A stretch of DNA of 64,000 nucleotides. Origin: Octopus bimaculoides (taxonomy: Eukaryota). The position numbers and the translations under genes are program-made. The stretch is from assembly GCF_001194135.2 (NCBI RefSeq), contig NC_068992.1, forward strand, positions 33,436,997 through 33,500,996, given 5' to 3'. This document shows, in pieces, positions 1 through 11,334 of the stretch (positions within the stretch are counted from its first letter, which is position 1; each line of letters begins with the position of its first letter). A model generated the notes under the pieces. That model was not told the origin of the DNA and did no database searches. It worked only from the letters and a program-made list of their open reading frames with translations.

Positions 1-302
1 ATCCACCTTATTCTCCCAACCTTGTTCCTTCAGACTACCATTTGTTTTGTAGTTTACAGAATCATCTGGGGGACATAACTTCCACAAGATAGGAGGAGGT
101 CGAAATTGATATTTCAGAGTTCTTTTGCTTTGAAACCAAAAGAGTTTTGCATTGATGGAATTAAAAAGCTTGTAAATAGATGGAAGGAAGTCATAGATAA
201 TCAAGATAAGTACACTGATGATTATATTTCAATTAAATATAACATTTGATCACTTGTTTTCATTATTCAAAATTCGGACAGAATTTATGGAATGACCTGA
301 TA
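1..302 (+). mobile_element. mariner (DD34D-type) transposon 3' end, frameshifted transposase C-terminus plus right TIR
   Basis: Frame 3 reads PPYSPNLVPSDYHLFCSLQNHL (mariner YSPDLAPxDYHLF motif), then ..GIKKLVNRWKEVIDNQDKY; ends ggacagaatttatggaatgacctga followed by TA (301-302). Confidence 0.9.
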
Positions 303-519
303 CTTCTCATGTCCCCTCACTGATGAAATTATCTATTAAGATTAGTGCTTCCTAAACATACTGGTGTGCTGCAAGGTGTAAGCTAGGTGCACTGCAAAAA
401 TAATAACATTATATTAAAAAAAAATATGAAAAGTAGAAACTGAAATTCTAAATATTATGCTTTTGCAATTTTAATTCACTTACTAAATGAAGAAATAGAT
501 ACACTGTAATTTTGTTTAT

Positions 520-730
520 ATTATGTTGGTTTCTAATTTTGGCACAAACCAGTAATTTTGGGGAAGGGGTTAAGTTAATTACAGTGACCCCAGGGCTCAA
601 CTGGCACTCATTTTATTGACCCCAAAAGGATGAAAAGCAATGTTAGCTCTGGTGGAATCTGAATTCAGAACGTAAAAATGGATGAAATGCCACTAAGCAT
701 TTCTGCTAACAATGCTGCCAGCTTGCTGCC
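520..730 (-). mobile_element. tRNA-derived SINE, family B (decayed)
   Basis: Reverse complement matches the family-B copies at 21722, 47800 and 51545 (gcaagctggcag head, body ctttcatcc..ggggtc). Confidence 0.7.
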
Positions 731-742
731 TTTCTTTCTCTC

Positions 743-1975
743 ATCATCATCATCGTCGTCGTTGTCGTCGTTTAACATCTCCTTTCCATGCTGGTATGGG
801 TTAGACAGTTTGACTGAGGGCTGGTAAACCAGAAGGCTGCTCCAGGCTCCAATCCAATCTGGCAAAGTTTCTACACCTGGATGCCCTTGCTAACGCCAAC
901 CATTCCAAGAGTATAGTAGGTGCTTTTTTACAATCCACTAGCATGAGGGGCAACCAGGCGGTACTGGCATCGACAATGCTTGAATGGTGCCTTTTACATG
1001 CCACCAACATTGGTGCCAATCAGGTAGTACTGTCATCAGCCACGACAACTTCACTTGCCTCAACAGGTCTTTGCAAGTGCAGTTTATTGCCCAATGATTG
1101 AAGGGTACTCTTAAATGGGCTTGCTGGGTCTTCTCAAGCACAGCACATCTCCAAAGGTCTCGGTCACTTGTCATTGCCTTGGTGAGGCCCAACATTCAAA
1201 GGTCATGCTTCACCACCTCATCCCAGGTCTTTCTGGGTCTACCTCTTCCACAGGTTCCCTCTACTGCTAAGGTGTGACACTTTTTCATACAGCTGTCCTC
1301 ATCCATACACGACGCATGACGATACCAGCTCAGTCGTCTCTCTTGCACACCAAATCTGATGCTTCTTGTGTCCAACTGTTCTCTCAAGGCACTTACACTC
1401 TGTCATGTATGCACACTGATATTACACATTCATTGGAGCATACTAGCTTCATTCCTTCCAAGCTTACACATGCCCTCAAGAGTCACAGCCCATGTTTCAC
1501 TGCCATGTAGCATGGCTGTTTGCACACATGCGTCATACAGTCTACCTTTTACCCTGTGCAAGAGGCGCTTGCCACCAGCTGAGGTAGGAGCTCTCTGAAC
1601 TTTGCCCAGGCTACTCTTATTCTAGCAGCTATGCTCTCAGAGCATCCACCCCCAGCTACTGACTTGGTTACCTAGGTAACGGAAGCTATCAACTACTTCT
1701 AGTTTTTCCCCCTGCAATGTGACAGAAGCTGTTTTCTGCACATTTTCAGTGTTTATTGCTCCTGAGCATTTGCCACACACAAAAACTATCTTCCCAGTTA
1801 GCCTTCCTTTGCTATTGCTGCACCTCTTATGTGTCCATGGCTTACACCGGGTATATTTTATGGAGTTTCTTCCTATGCCTTTTCTAGAGATCAAGCAGGG
1901 TCATCTACCTAAAGAGATTTGTGGTTTGTCTGCCTTCCTACTTATTAAGACTTAGGTTTTTGCAAGATTGATTAG
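743..1975 (-). mobile_element. RTE-clade LINE, 5'-truncated, with (GAT)n tail
   Basis: Minus ORFs encode ..EKLEVVDSFRYLG.., ..VQERRLSWY.. and ..GRGRPRKTWDEVV; the 3' UTR and (ATC)n tail are shared with copies at 17.5, 38.2 and 41.6 kb. Confidence 0.9.
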
Positions 1976-2269
1976 TTTATATTATTTATATTTATAGGGT
2001 AAAACTTTAAAGTACCATTTTTTAAGTCAGGAAATGTGTCAAGGCCAACAGGAAGAGGTGCTTCCTAGGGTTAAATTGCAGTAGTATTCTTCTCTTTCAC
2101 GGGACTGTCACATTAAGTTGACAACATACCACCACTTTATCGTATTACTACTGTATAAATCTCTCTGAGAGATTTAGAATGCATTATTTCATTTTCTAAT
2201 TAGTCTAAACTACACGACAGAGAAAAGAGTCTGATAATTGTTAATCTAGGTTATTTATCCTTTGTCCTT

Positions 2270-2465
2270 CATCTTGTACTGTAGCCATGTACTTCAAGGG
2301 TTCAGATGAGCAAAGTACCCCAGTTCTTTTTTTTAAAGTCTTGTATTTATTCCATCAGTGTCTTCTTGCTGAACTGCTAAGTTACAGAGATGTAAACAAA
2401 CCAACACCAGTTGTCAAGTGGTAGTGGGGATATCAAACACAAAGACACACATGCACATGCATGCA

Positions 2466-2519
<54 letters not shown>

Positions 2520-2662
2520 CACACAGAATGGGCTTCTTTCAGCTTCTATCTATTGCTCAGGGCTATAGTAGAAGACACTTGCCAAAGTGCCATAGAATGG
2601 GAGTGAACCAAGAACCATGTGGTGGGGAAGAAAACTTCTTACCACACTGCCACACCAATGCC
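2270..2662 (-). mobile_element. tRNA-derived SINE, family A, with internal (CA)n
   Basis: Contains gctatagtagaagacacttgcc..gaaccatgtgg (head, reverse) and gctaagttac..gtaaac..gttgtcaag (3' half), as in the other family-A copies. Confidence 0.8.
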
Positions 2663-5220
2663 TAAAATAAATTCATACACACATACACACACACATATAC
2701 ACACATACCCACATGTATGTTTATAGAATGAAGTATGGTAAAAAAGATATTGAACAGTATGATGAAGATAGGAGCTAACTCAGGAATATACTGTTTGAGG
2801 TAATGGGATAATGGAAGGGACATTTTTATGACCAACATTCATGTTGGCTTGAAGCAACTATAGGCACTTTCCCATTTTCCATCTATGTGTGTGGTGGTGG
2901 TGGTGGTGGGCCTGATGAAGCAGAGAGGAAATTTGGGGAGGAGATTTTACCAGAGTATATCTACTATGAAGTTGGATCTATTGGCAAAGTGGAGAAAATA
3001 GGTTTTTACAAAGTTTGTGGAGATTTTTTTTTTGCAAAGAACCAAACGGACTAAGTGCATTTTAGGAGACAGGAGTGCTTGTAGGCTGTGTGATGCATGA
3101 AGGAATCCTATACAGTTTGGATGTTGGTCTTGGAGGATTTATGATGATATGCAAGAGTTTTCTAGTTGGTAGAGGTGAGGGATTTCTTTCAAGGGTTGTT
3201 GGCTATTTTCAGTTGCTAAACTAAACTGCTGCAGTATAGCTAAGAATGAACCAAAGGAGGGATTGAGGTTTGAGAGTTTTGTTTAGTGGCATGTAGAAGG
3301 ACATGTTGAAGAGGACGGTTTTAGTTACTTGCCTACTTGTTTCTAATGAGTCAGTAATGAAGCACATTAGATGCCACAGATAGTCAGCATAGAATCAACA
3401 AAGCTCAAAGCAGCCGGTTATGAGGTTTGGGAAAGGAGGAAGCAATGTGTTAAAGTGAATGCAGTGAGTGATAGTAATAAGGTTTGTTTAATACTAATGA
3501 AGTAGAGGGGAAAATATCTGGTGCATTTAGTTTTAGATTTTGGCATGTAGGAAAGTGTATAGCACGTTGGGACACAGTACACTTACATTGCTGTGAATCA
3601 AAGGTTTTCCATGTAAGGGACCCATGTGAACAGACTATGTCACAGAGATATTTTATGAAGTATTTAGATATGATTTCTTGTATAAAATCCTCAAATATAC
3701 AATTTTGTAACATTTAATGAATGTCTTAACTATTTTGGAATGTGCTGTCTTAGAATTTAGGATACTTTTTTCAAATATGCTGTGGATTATGCAAAAGAAA
3801 ACCTCTTTATAACTTATATTATCAAGAAGGAAAATATATATCAAGGTTTTCAAACAGACTTGCATGTTATAAAAGTTGGCAGATTTCCCTGTCATCCACT
3901 TAACAAATTGGAAACTGGAGTTAAGCACCAGCTGTGTGAATTCATATGATTTCAGGAAAATATATTCAATTTCCTGGTTTGTATTCAATCCATTATGGAA
4001 ATCTAAAAATATGTTACCATGTAAGAATATATAAGACTAAATAATTCCTTCAAATTACTGAGTGAAATCAGTTGGTGAAGGGAATTTACAATTGTTTTTC
4101 TATTTCCTCTCATTCCTCTGTATTTCCGTGCCATTTAATACAAATGTGTTTGGATGTTTGTTTGTGCACATGCATGCACATGTGTGTGTATATGTGCACA
4201 TGTACACACACACACACACACATATGTATATCTACACACATATACAAATTTTTTTTATAAATGCTTTATAAATTACACATTGCATACTACCTTTGACTGC
4301 TTCAGGATTTGATATTTCTTAGCTGAGTATGACCTTCACATCAGTGATCTGTTGCTATATAGTATAACACTGCCTATGATATTCCAGCTTAATGGGGCAC
4401 ATTCACATTTCTGCTCCCTTACTTTTCGAAATGAACTGGTCAAAAGAAATGTATAATTCTTCATATGCCTCAACCAGGAGAGTTTTAAATGCCTGGCTAC
4501 AATGGTTTTTACATGTGCTTCAGGTTGGTCCCTTTTATTTCTATCAACACCATTAGAAGGTGCTTGTTTGTTGTCTACATTTGGAGAAGTGTGATAATAA
4601 TACAATTCTTACTAAATAAAAAAAAATGGGGCTGCATCTGTTCAGCATCTGCATAGGTAGTTGTAATTGAGTACTGGTTCCTGACCTCATGTAACAATTC
4701 ATTTAACAAATCAAACCACCTTTAAAACTGTGGGCTGTATAGAGCTAATAGTTCAGTTATTTCATATGACACCAAAAGCCATACCATGGATGTAAGAAGA
4801 AAAGAACTGATAGAAATATTTGAAGAATTCATTTTAAGCATCTTTGTTAGTACCAGTCTAACCATAGCTAATTTTCAGATTTTAGATACTATATGAACAA
4901 GAAGCCAAATGAGGGAAACATCTACATATATTGCTAATAATTTCTAACAGTTCATTCTTGATTGAGAATCTCATAGGTGCTGCAAGCAGAATAATTCCCC
5001 AACTTAAAAGGACATTTTCAACAGAAATGATTCCTATTATAATGATGCGATAACAAGAAGTGGTTTTGCCTAAAATCATCTTATGTGTCTATAGCATGCT
5101 CTAAGTACACCATATGGAATTTCTACCTACACTTTTTCTAGTTTTCAAGCATGGCCATTTCGCTGAAATGATTAGTAGTTTGTCAGCTTTGCTGCATCTA
5201 CATATATATATATTTATATA

Positions 5221-5222
5221 CA

Positions 5223-5298
<76 letters not shown>

Positions 5299-5314
5299 NN
5301 NNNNNNNNNNNNNN

Positions 5315-5357
<43 letters not shown>

Positions 5358-5685
5358 TATATACATACATGCATACACATATAAATACTTACATATCATT
5401 TACTGATTGCTTTCTATGCTGGCATGGTTTGGATGAGTATAATCAACTCCCAGGCAGAGAATTGAGTCCAGCCTGCTGAGTGAGAGGCAGGCACACTTAT
5501 CACTTTACTACCAAGGACCGGTATAAATATGTGTGTGTGTGTGTGTGTGTGTACGTGTGTGTGTGTGTGTCTGTGTGTGTGTCTGTCTGTGTGTATGTAT
5601 GTATGTATGTATGTATGTATGTATGTATGTATGTATGTATGTATGTATGTATGTATGTATATATATATATATATATATATATACA

Positions 5686-5754
<69 letters not shown>

Positions 5755-5760
5755 GCATAT
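5221..5760. repeat. compound microsatellite tract (CA)n/(TA)n/(TATG)n including gap 5299-5314
   Basis: Seen directly; it produces the [12 protein letters not shown] pseudo-ORFs. Confidence 0.95.
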
Positions 5761-5767
5761 ATACATA

Positions 5768-5945
5768 GAGGTGCAGGCGTGGTTGTGTGGTAAGAAGCTT
5801 GCTTCCCAACCACATTGTTTTGGGTTCAATCCTGATGTGTGGTACCTCAGACAAGTGTCTTCTACTATAGCCTTGGGCTGACCAAAGCTTTGTGAGTGGA
5901 TTTGGTAGACAGAAACTGAAAGAAATCCATCACATATATATATGT
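5768..5945 (+). mobile_element. SINE family A, 5' half (tRNA-like head)
   Basis: A-box-like tggttgtgtgg and B-box-like ggttcaatcc, then gtgtcttctactatagcc..ggatttggtagacagaaactgaaagaa. Confidence 0.85.
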
Positions 5946-6025
5946 GCATGTATGTGTAATTATTAGATAATAAAACAAGCGGTTTATACATGGTAGCTTT
6001 TGCAGTGTTCATTATGTATATGGTA

Positions 6026-6820
6026 GATGGAAGATACGAGAATTTTTATTAATCACAACAATTGTTTGGACACATCTAGCATTGGTCCCTCATGGGTGGA
6101 ATACTTAACAGCTGGTTCAGGAGCATCCGAGAGTGCAGATGTGTCTGTTTGGGTGATAAGTAGATATAACTGGTTAAAATAACAATTCTACAACGTATCT
6201 TCTCGTTTCATGTAAAGAAAAGCAACAAATTAAAAGATATATCTTTATTTATATAGAAGATCAAAAATAAAATAACAGATGCAAAAAAGAAACAAAATCG
6301 CAAGTCTTTCCTTGCTGTATTGCGAGTTTTTTTTTTTTTGGCATCTGTTATTTTATTATTGAGTTTCTATATTGAAGCTATATTCTTTAATTTGCTGCTT
6401 TCTTTACACAAAATAGAAGATACATTGCAAAACCGTTATTTTAACCAGTTACATTTACTTATCTCTCGAAGAGACACATCTCCACTGTCAGATGCTCCTG
6501 AACCAGCTGTTAAGCATCCCACCCATGATGGGTTGATGCTAGATGTATCCAATTTTTAAAGGGAGGAGAGACAAAATTTTAGACAGGTTTGGGCTTAGAG
6601 GAGCATAACTTGAATAAAGTGAAGAAAAAGCGATAACTTGAATAAGGTAAAGAAAAAAATACATGAATAAGCATGAATTTAAGACAAAACAGAGATCGAG
6701 TGATGTTTACATGGAAAGAAATATATAGATAATAGAGAACGGACAGTGGGTGGGAGTACAGCAAGAAGGGATAATATATGAAAGTTAGAAAGATAAAAAT
6801 TCTTGTATCTTCCATCTTCG
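6026..6820. repeat. fold-back element with ~240-bp inverted arms (6066-6305 / 6319-6552) plus an outer inverted match (6026-6050 / 6797-6819)
   Basis: cttaacagctggttcaggagcatc at ~6105 is the reverse complement of gatgctcctgaaccagctgttaag at ~6491; the match continues to a ~15-bp loop. Confidence 0.85.
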
Positions 6821-6849
6821 TCTTTCACTTACTTTATATATATATGTAT

Positions 6850-7078
6850 AGATCTATGTGCGTTTGTGTCTGTGTTTGTCCCCTCACTGTCACATGACAA
6901 CTGATGTTGGGGTGTTTACATCCCTGTAACTGAGTGATTCAGCAAAAGAAACTAGTAGAATAAGTACTCGGTTTACAAAGAATAAGGCCTAAGGTCAATT
7001 TCTTTGGCTAAACCCTTTAAGGCAGTGCTCCGATATGGCCACAGTCAAATGACTGAAACCAGTAAAGCAATAAAAGAA
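6850..7078 (+). mobile_element. SINE family A, 3' half
   Basis: tttgtgtctgtgtttgtcccc..gtgtttacatccctgtaac..ggcagtgctcc..atggccacagtcaaatgactgaaac. Confidence 0.8.
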
Positions 7079-7334
7079 TATGTATACCTGTGCATGCATC
7101 TGTGGGTATGTGTGTGTGTGCTTGTGTGTACATACAGAGAAAGAGAGAGAAAAAAAGAGAGAGAAAGAGAGAGAAAAAAAAGAGAGAAAGAGAGAAAGGA
7201 GAAATATTGACTGATCAAGGGACTTAACTCATGCCCACTTAATGAACACTTCTATTCATTATTCTGTTATCCCATAGGAAAATTGTGTAATGGAAATTAA
7301 GAGCTATAAACACAACACTTTTGTGGTCGGTGAC

Positions 7335-7670
7335 TTAATGTTCTTCGTTTCTTAATTAAAATCATCCATATGGCGTTCATCTCTATTGCAAGCTCACTGA
7401 TGAGGTTATCAAAGCCTAACATATGTGATGATTCTTTCAGTCATCTTATCTTCCAGTGTTGTTCCAAATCCATTATCCTAACTTTGTTCCACAAAGATTA
7501 TTGAATTCCCTTTTCCCTTCACAAATGATCAGCCATGCTGATTTTTCTGTCTCAACATGGTTTAGACAATTGAAAGAATCAACACATTTGCAAGGCTTTG
7601 ATAACCTCCTCTGAAGACCTAGTGTAAAGATGAATTCCATTTGGAATCATTAAGAAAGAAGGTACATTAA
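7335..7670. repeat. fold-back element with ~110-bp inverted arms
   Basis: gaggttatcaaagcct (7402) is matched by aggctttgataacctc (~7593); similarity extends outward to ttaatg..cattaa. Confidence 0.8.
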
Positions 7671-8206
7671 ACCTACAACAATAAAAAAAGATGATAGGTT
7701 TAAAGCTCCTAATTTCCATTACTGAATTGTCCAACAAACAAGACAATAGAATAATGAATGCAGCATTGATTAAATGTCAAATGTTGGGTACTGTTGTTTA
7801 TTTAGTGGATGTGAGTTCGTTTCCTTGGTTACTCAATCTGTACATAATTCTTCAAGCTGACTATGCAAGTGGTATCAGTACAAGAATATATATGGTGTAG
7901 GCAATGAAAGGAAAACAATATCCTCACTATGGGTTTTAATAAAAGGCTCAGTTTGTATTTAAGAAATGGAGTGTGTGTGCGTATGTCAGTGTGTTTGAGC
8001 ATGTTTATACGTGTGTGTGTGTGTAAATTAAAAAGGGTGGCTTATTAGCAATTACAACCTAAAGGCAAAGTTAATAGTGGTAACAAAAGTGACAGAGGGT
8101 ACTGACTAGCACCATGTTTACTAAAAATAAAAGTTAAAACAACTCAAAAGCCACAAAAGCACTGTCTTAATGACTAACAAAGGGAGGTAAGTTCCTGGCG
8201 AGGTGT

Positions 8207-8265
8207 ATATTCAGATCGCAATTTCGGATTTTGATGTAGACCATCTTAATCCTCATCAGTGACTC
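8207..8265 (-). ncRNA. candidate type I hammerhead ribozyme
   Basis: Minus strand: GAGUCA CUGAUGA GGAUU-AA-GAUG-GUCUA-CAUC-AA-AAUCC GAAA UUGCGA UC UGAAU. Intact core, paired stem II, near-palindromic stem III, AUC cleavage triplet, one mismatch in stem I. Confidence 0.65.
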
Positions 8266-8505
8266 CTAATGCCTAGGGTTAGACTCAAGTTTTTTTAACT
8301 CTTATTTTTAGTAAAAGCGCTGCTATTGAGTACCCTTTGTCACTTTTGTGACTTCTGCTAACTTTGCCTTTTGGTTCTAATTGCTAATAAACCACCCTTT
8401 TTAATATATTGTTTACACTTTAACTGTTTCGAAAATCAATACATGCTTTCAACAGTTTTTCTTATAAGACTGACAGAGGTAGTTGAGTTTAACCCTATGC
8501 ATCAA

Positions 8506-8562
8506 GAGTCGCTGATGAGGATTAAGATGGTCTGCATCAAAATCCAAAGTTGTGATCTGACT
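8506..8562 (+). ncRNA. degenerate hammerhead copy (GAAA mutated to AAAG)
   Basis: GAGUCG CUGAUGA GGAUU..AAUCC AAAG UUGUGA UC UGACU; stem I is fully paired but the core is damaged. Confidence 0.5.
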
Positions 8563-10080
8563 ATATGAGCTGGGAAATTACCTTCCTTTCTTAGTCATTA
8601 AGACAGTACTTTTGTGGCTTTTGAGTTGTTTTAACACTTATTTTTAGCAAAAGTGGTGCTAGTCAGTACCTTCTGTCACTTTTATGACCCCCCTCTCTCT
8701 CCCCTTCTACACACACACACACACACACGTACATANNNNNNNNNNNNNNNNNNNNNNNNNNNNNNNNNNNNNNNNNNNNNNNNNNNNNNNNNNNNNNNNN
8801 NNNNNNNNNNNNNNNNNNNNNNNATATATATATATATATACACAAGCATACTAACTCATATTTAAACATACACACATTCACTTACAAATATATGTTCACA
8901 TCCAAAATATATATGGCTATGATATACAAAGATGATAAAAATCAATTTTGAACATACAGGCACACTCATAGAATTGTTCATGCATGCAAACACACACTCA
9001 CACACACACACAGATTCACACACATATAGAAAAACACAGAAATAATCCTACATATATTTATATATATGCGTAAGTAGCAACTATGCACATAAAGATATAT
9101 GCATACACATATAATGTTCCTTATTAGTGTTTTGAACACTAGGAAATAGTGTAATAAATTGGCTATAGTCATTATTTAAATTGACTGGTGTGGAAGAAAC
9201 ATCTACTTTCCAGGGGAGGAATTCAAATTAAGATTAGTCTTTTGAATATATAGAATTCAGTACACTACACTACAGCAGGAAATCCTAAATAGGTTGGCAT
9301 AATGCCAGATAATTTCATTAAAAGAAAATGATAATTCTTTGAGGAAATAGTTTTTCATTACATTAGGAAATTCTTCATTGCAGAAATAAAGAAAAACTAT
9401 AGAGAACCTAAGAAGTAATGATAGAGAGAAATAGAAGGGGAGAAAAGAGCAAGAGAAAAGAAAAGAAGACAAGAGAAAAAGAAAAAAAAGGGAATGAAAG
9501 GGGATTTGATGTTATATTATTATGGTAGTACTTCAGCTGAACTCACAACTTAGTAAATCACTTGGTCACCATTGCCAGTCACTTTACCACGTATAAGTCC
9601 ATATTAATTTTGTTGATGGTCTGTATTGTAGAATTTTGTTTAGCTTTCATTGACTGAGAGGTTAAAATTGACATTATAGATGCTAGTCATTAATATAACA
9701 CAGATCAATATTCTGCTTCTTATCATCTTCTTCTGAGAGAGACTTTGAATCATTTGGTGGATACACAAAATTTATATGTAGAATATATGAGCAAATATGA
9801 AACAGTTATGAATAAGAATATCAGTTTTATTGCTTGCTTCTTCTATTATCATTCCATTCACATTCGGGATGCATAATGGTCCTGTGACTTCCTTTTGTTG
9901 AATAATTCTGAGTTTGAAGAAAACATATTTTCAGTATATTAATGAATGTTCAAGTTCAGTATAGTTGTGAACTAACCAAGAATACCAGATCACATATGAA
10001 ATATATACTTCTAACAATATTAAAACAAATTCATACAAGTACATTCAGTACAGAAATAACATATAACATGAAATAAGCTA

Positions 10081-10240
<160 letters not shown>

Positions 10241-10439
10241 TATGTGTTTTCTGTTTTTAATTATTATAAATCTTCCACTGAGAGGGAGCCATTTCCAACA
10301 TAGATACAAGGCTCCATCTTTAGGATGTATGCATGTATGTATATATGTATGTATATCTTTATATATAAGACAGAAACTGACTGTGTGTGTATGTGTGTGT
10401 GCGTGTGTGTGTGTGCAAGTGTGAAGGTTTATAACTCAA

Positions 10440-11130
10440 GTTCCACCTAACTGACTTGACTGAAATTTCTATTTGGTATGTTCCAAGGTATGTTTTAGTC
10501 ATAACAACTGCTTGCATCAATGTTCGGTTTTCACAAAAATTCGATTGATAATTATCGATTTTTTTAAAAAGTCATTTGATTTTGATCAAACTTGACATAC
10601 CTATGCATTCTTACCCAAGGTTTTTTGTTTAATTATTATTTTTTACAAATTCCATTTCGTTTGAGTACAACACAGGAAAAACTGACTCAAAAAATGCCTT
10701 TAAGGCAGGCTATAGTGCCGGAACCATTGAGCTGATTTAAACCAAACTCGCTAAACGAATGCATTTTCACCCAACAAATCTTATGTCATGGTTCATTTCA
10801 TTAAATTGCACTTTGTTTGAGCACAATTCAACAAACTCACATTCGAACAAAATGCCTTTGTTGAGGTAGTTCCTGATTTGTTTTTCTCAGAACACTGACC
10901 CCATTCCTTCTCCGATGCATAAACAATTAATCTCCACCATGGTGTGCACACACATTGTGACCCCACATGACCTCAAAATAGCCACTGCCAATAACAGTAA
11001 ACATCCGGCACTGAGGCTTTCCATTGCAATAAATGAAAGCAATTTCTATGTGTAGCATGAGATAGCTAAAGCAATAACAGCCTCTGCACTGCGCAAGCTA
11101 CTGGTAAGTACTTACTACTTCCTTCATCCA
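10440..11130 (+). mobile_element. Helitron-associated non-coding fragment
   Basis: 10445-10545 is a diverged direct repeat of 11350-11465 (ggtatgttcc..ttttagtcataacaactgctt), which runs into Helitron helicase sequence. Confidence 0.45.
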
Positions 11131-11135
11131 TTTCA

Positions 11136-11325
11136 CTAGCAGTTGTAACCGGCGTTGCATGGGTCTTAATAAATTACCATGAAACTGCGGAAACATGAGG
11201 CCTTACACTTGAGAAAGGACGGTTAAGGCAATAACCTTGGTAACCACTTGAATTAAATCAATACCCAAGCTGCCTTTCAAAAATTTATATTTTTGCACTG
11301 TTTACGGTTTCCGTGTACAAGTACT
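11136..11325 (-). mobile_element. Helitron 3' terminus (reverse orientation)
   Basis: Reverse complement reads atggtaatttattaagacccatgcaacgccggttacaactgCTAG|t, the same terminus as 12490-12535. Confidence 0.75.
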
Positions 11326-11334
11326 TTCAGGTGA

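Larger units (their letters stand above)
8030..8690. repeat. tripartite inverted-repeat element (one forward unit, two reverse partial copies) carrying hammerhead motifs; PLE pLTR-like
   Basis: 8030-8143 is inverted at 8286-8402; 8080-8290 is inverted at 8481-8690 (roughly 85% by eye). Confidence 0.85.

Noticed and set aside
2790-3450. Purine-rich stretch with faint PLE-like peptides on the minus strand
   Set aside because: Motif order and spacing do not fit cleanly; too decayed to call.
4336-4605. 89-aa minus ORF with a possible donor (AAAA|GTAAGG)
   Set aside because: No recognisable domain or partner exon; several ORFs of this length are expected by chance in 64 kb of AT-rich DNA.
5768-5840. 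tRNA-like A/B boxes read as real tRNA genes (also at 25.9-26.1, 40.3 and 56.2 kb)
   Set aside because: They are SINE heads with no cloverleaf or acceptor stem, each followed by a SINE body.
5101-6012. Long ORFs rich in HT, YI, CV or poly-N/K/S/Y/X (also at 10.0, 16.9-17.2, 20.3, 33.2, 38.3, 41.4, 53.6 and 56.0 kb)
   Set aside because: They are translations of microsatellites or N gaps, not genes.
6480-6505. CTGACAG..TCTCTTCGAGAG on the minus strand as a hammerhead
   Set aside because: The core deviates at several invariant positions in both arms.
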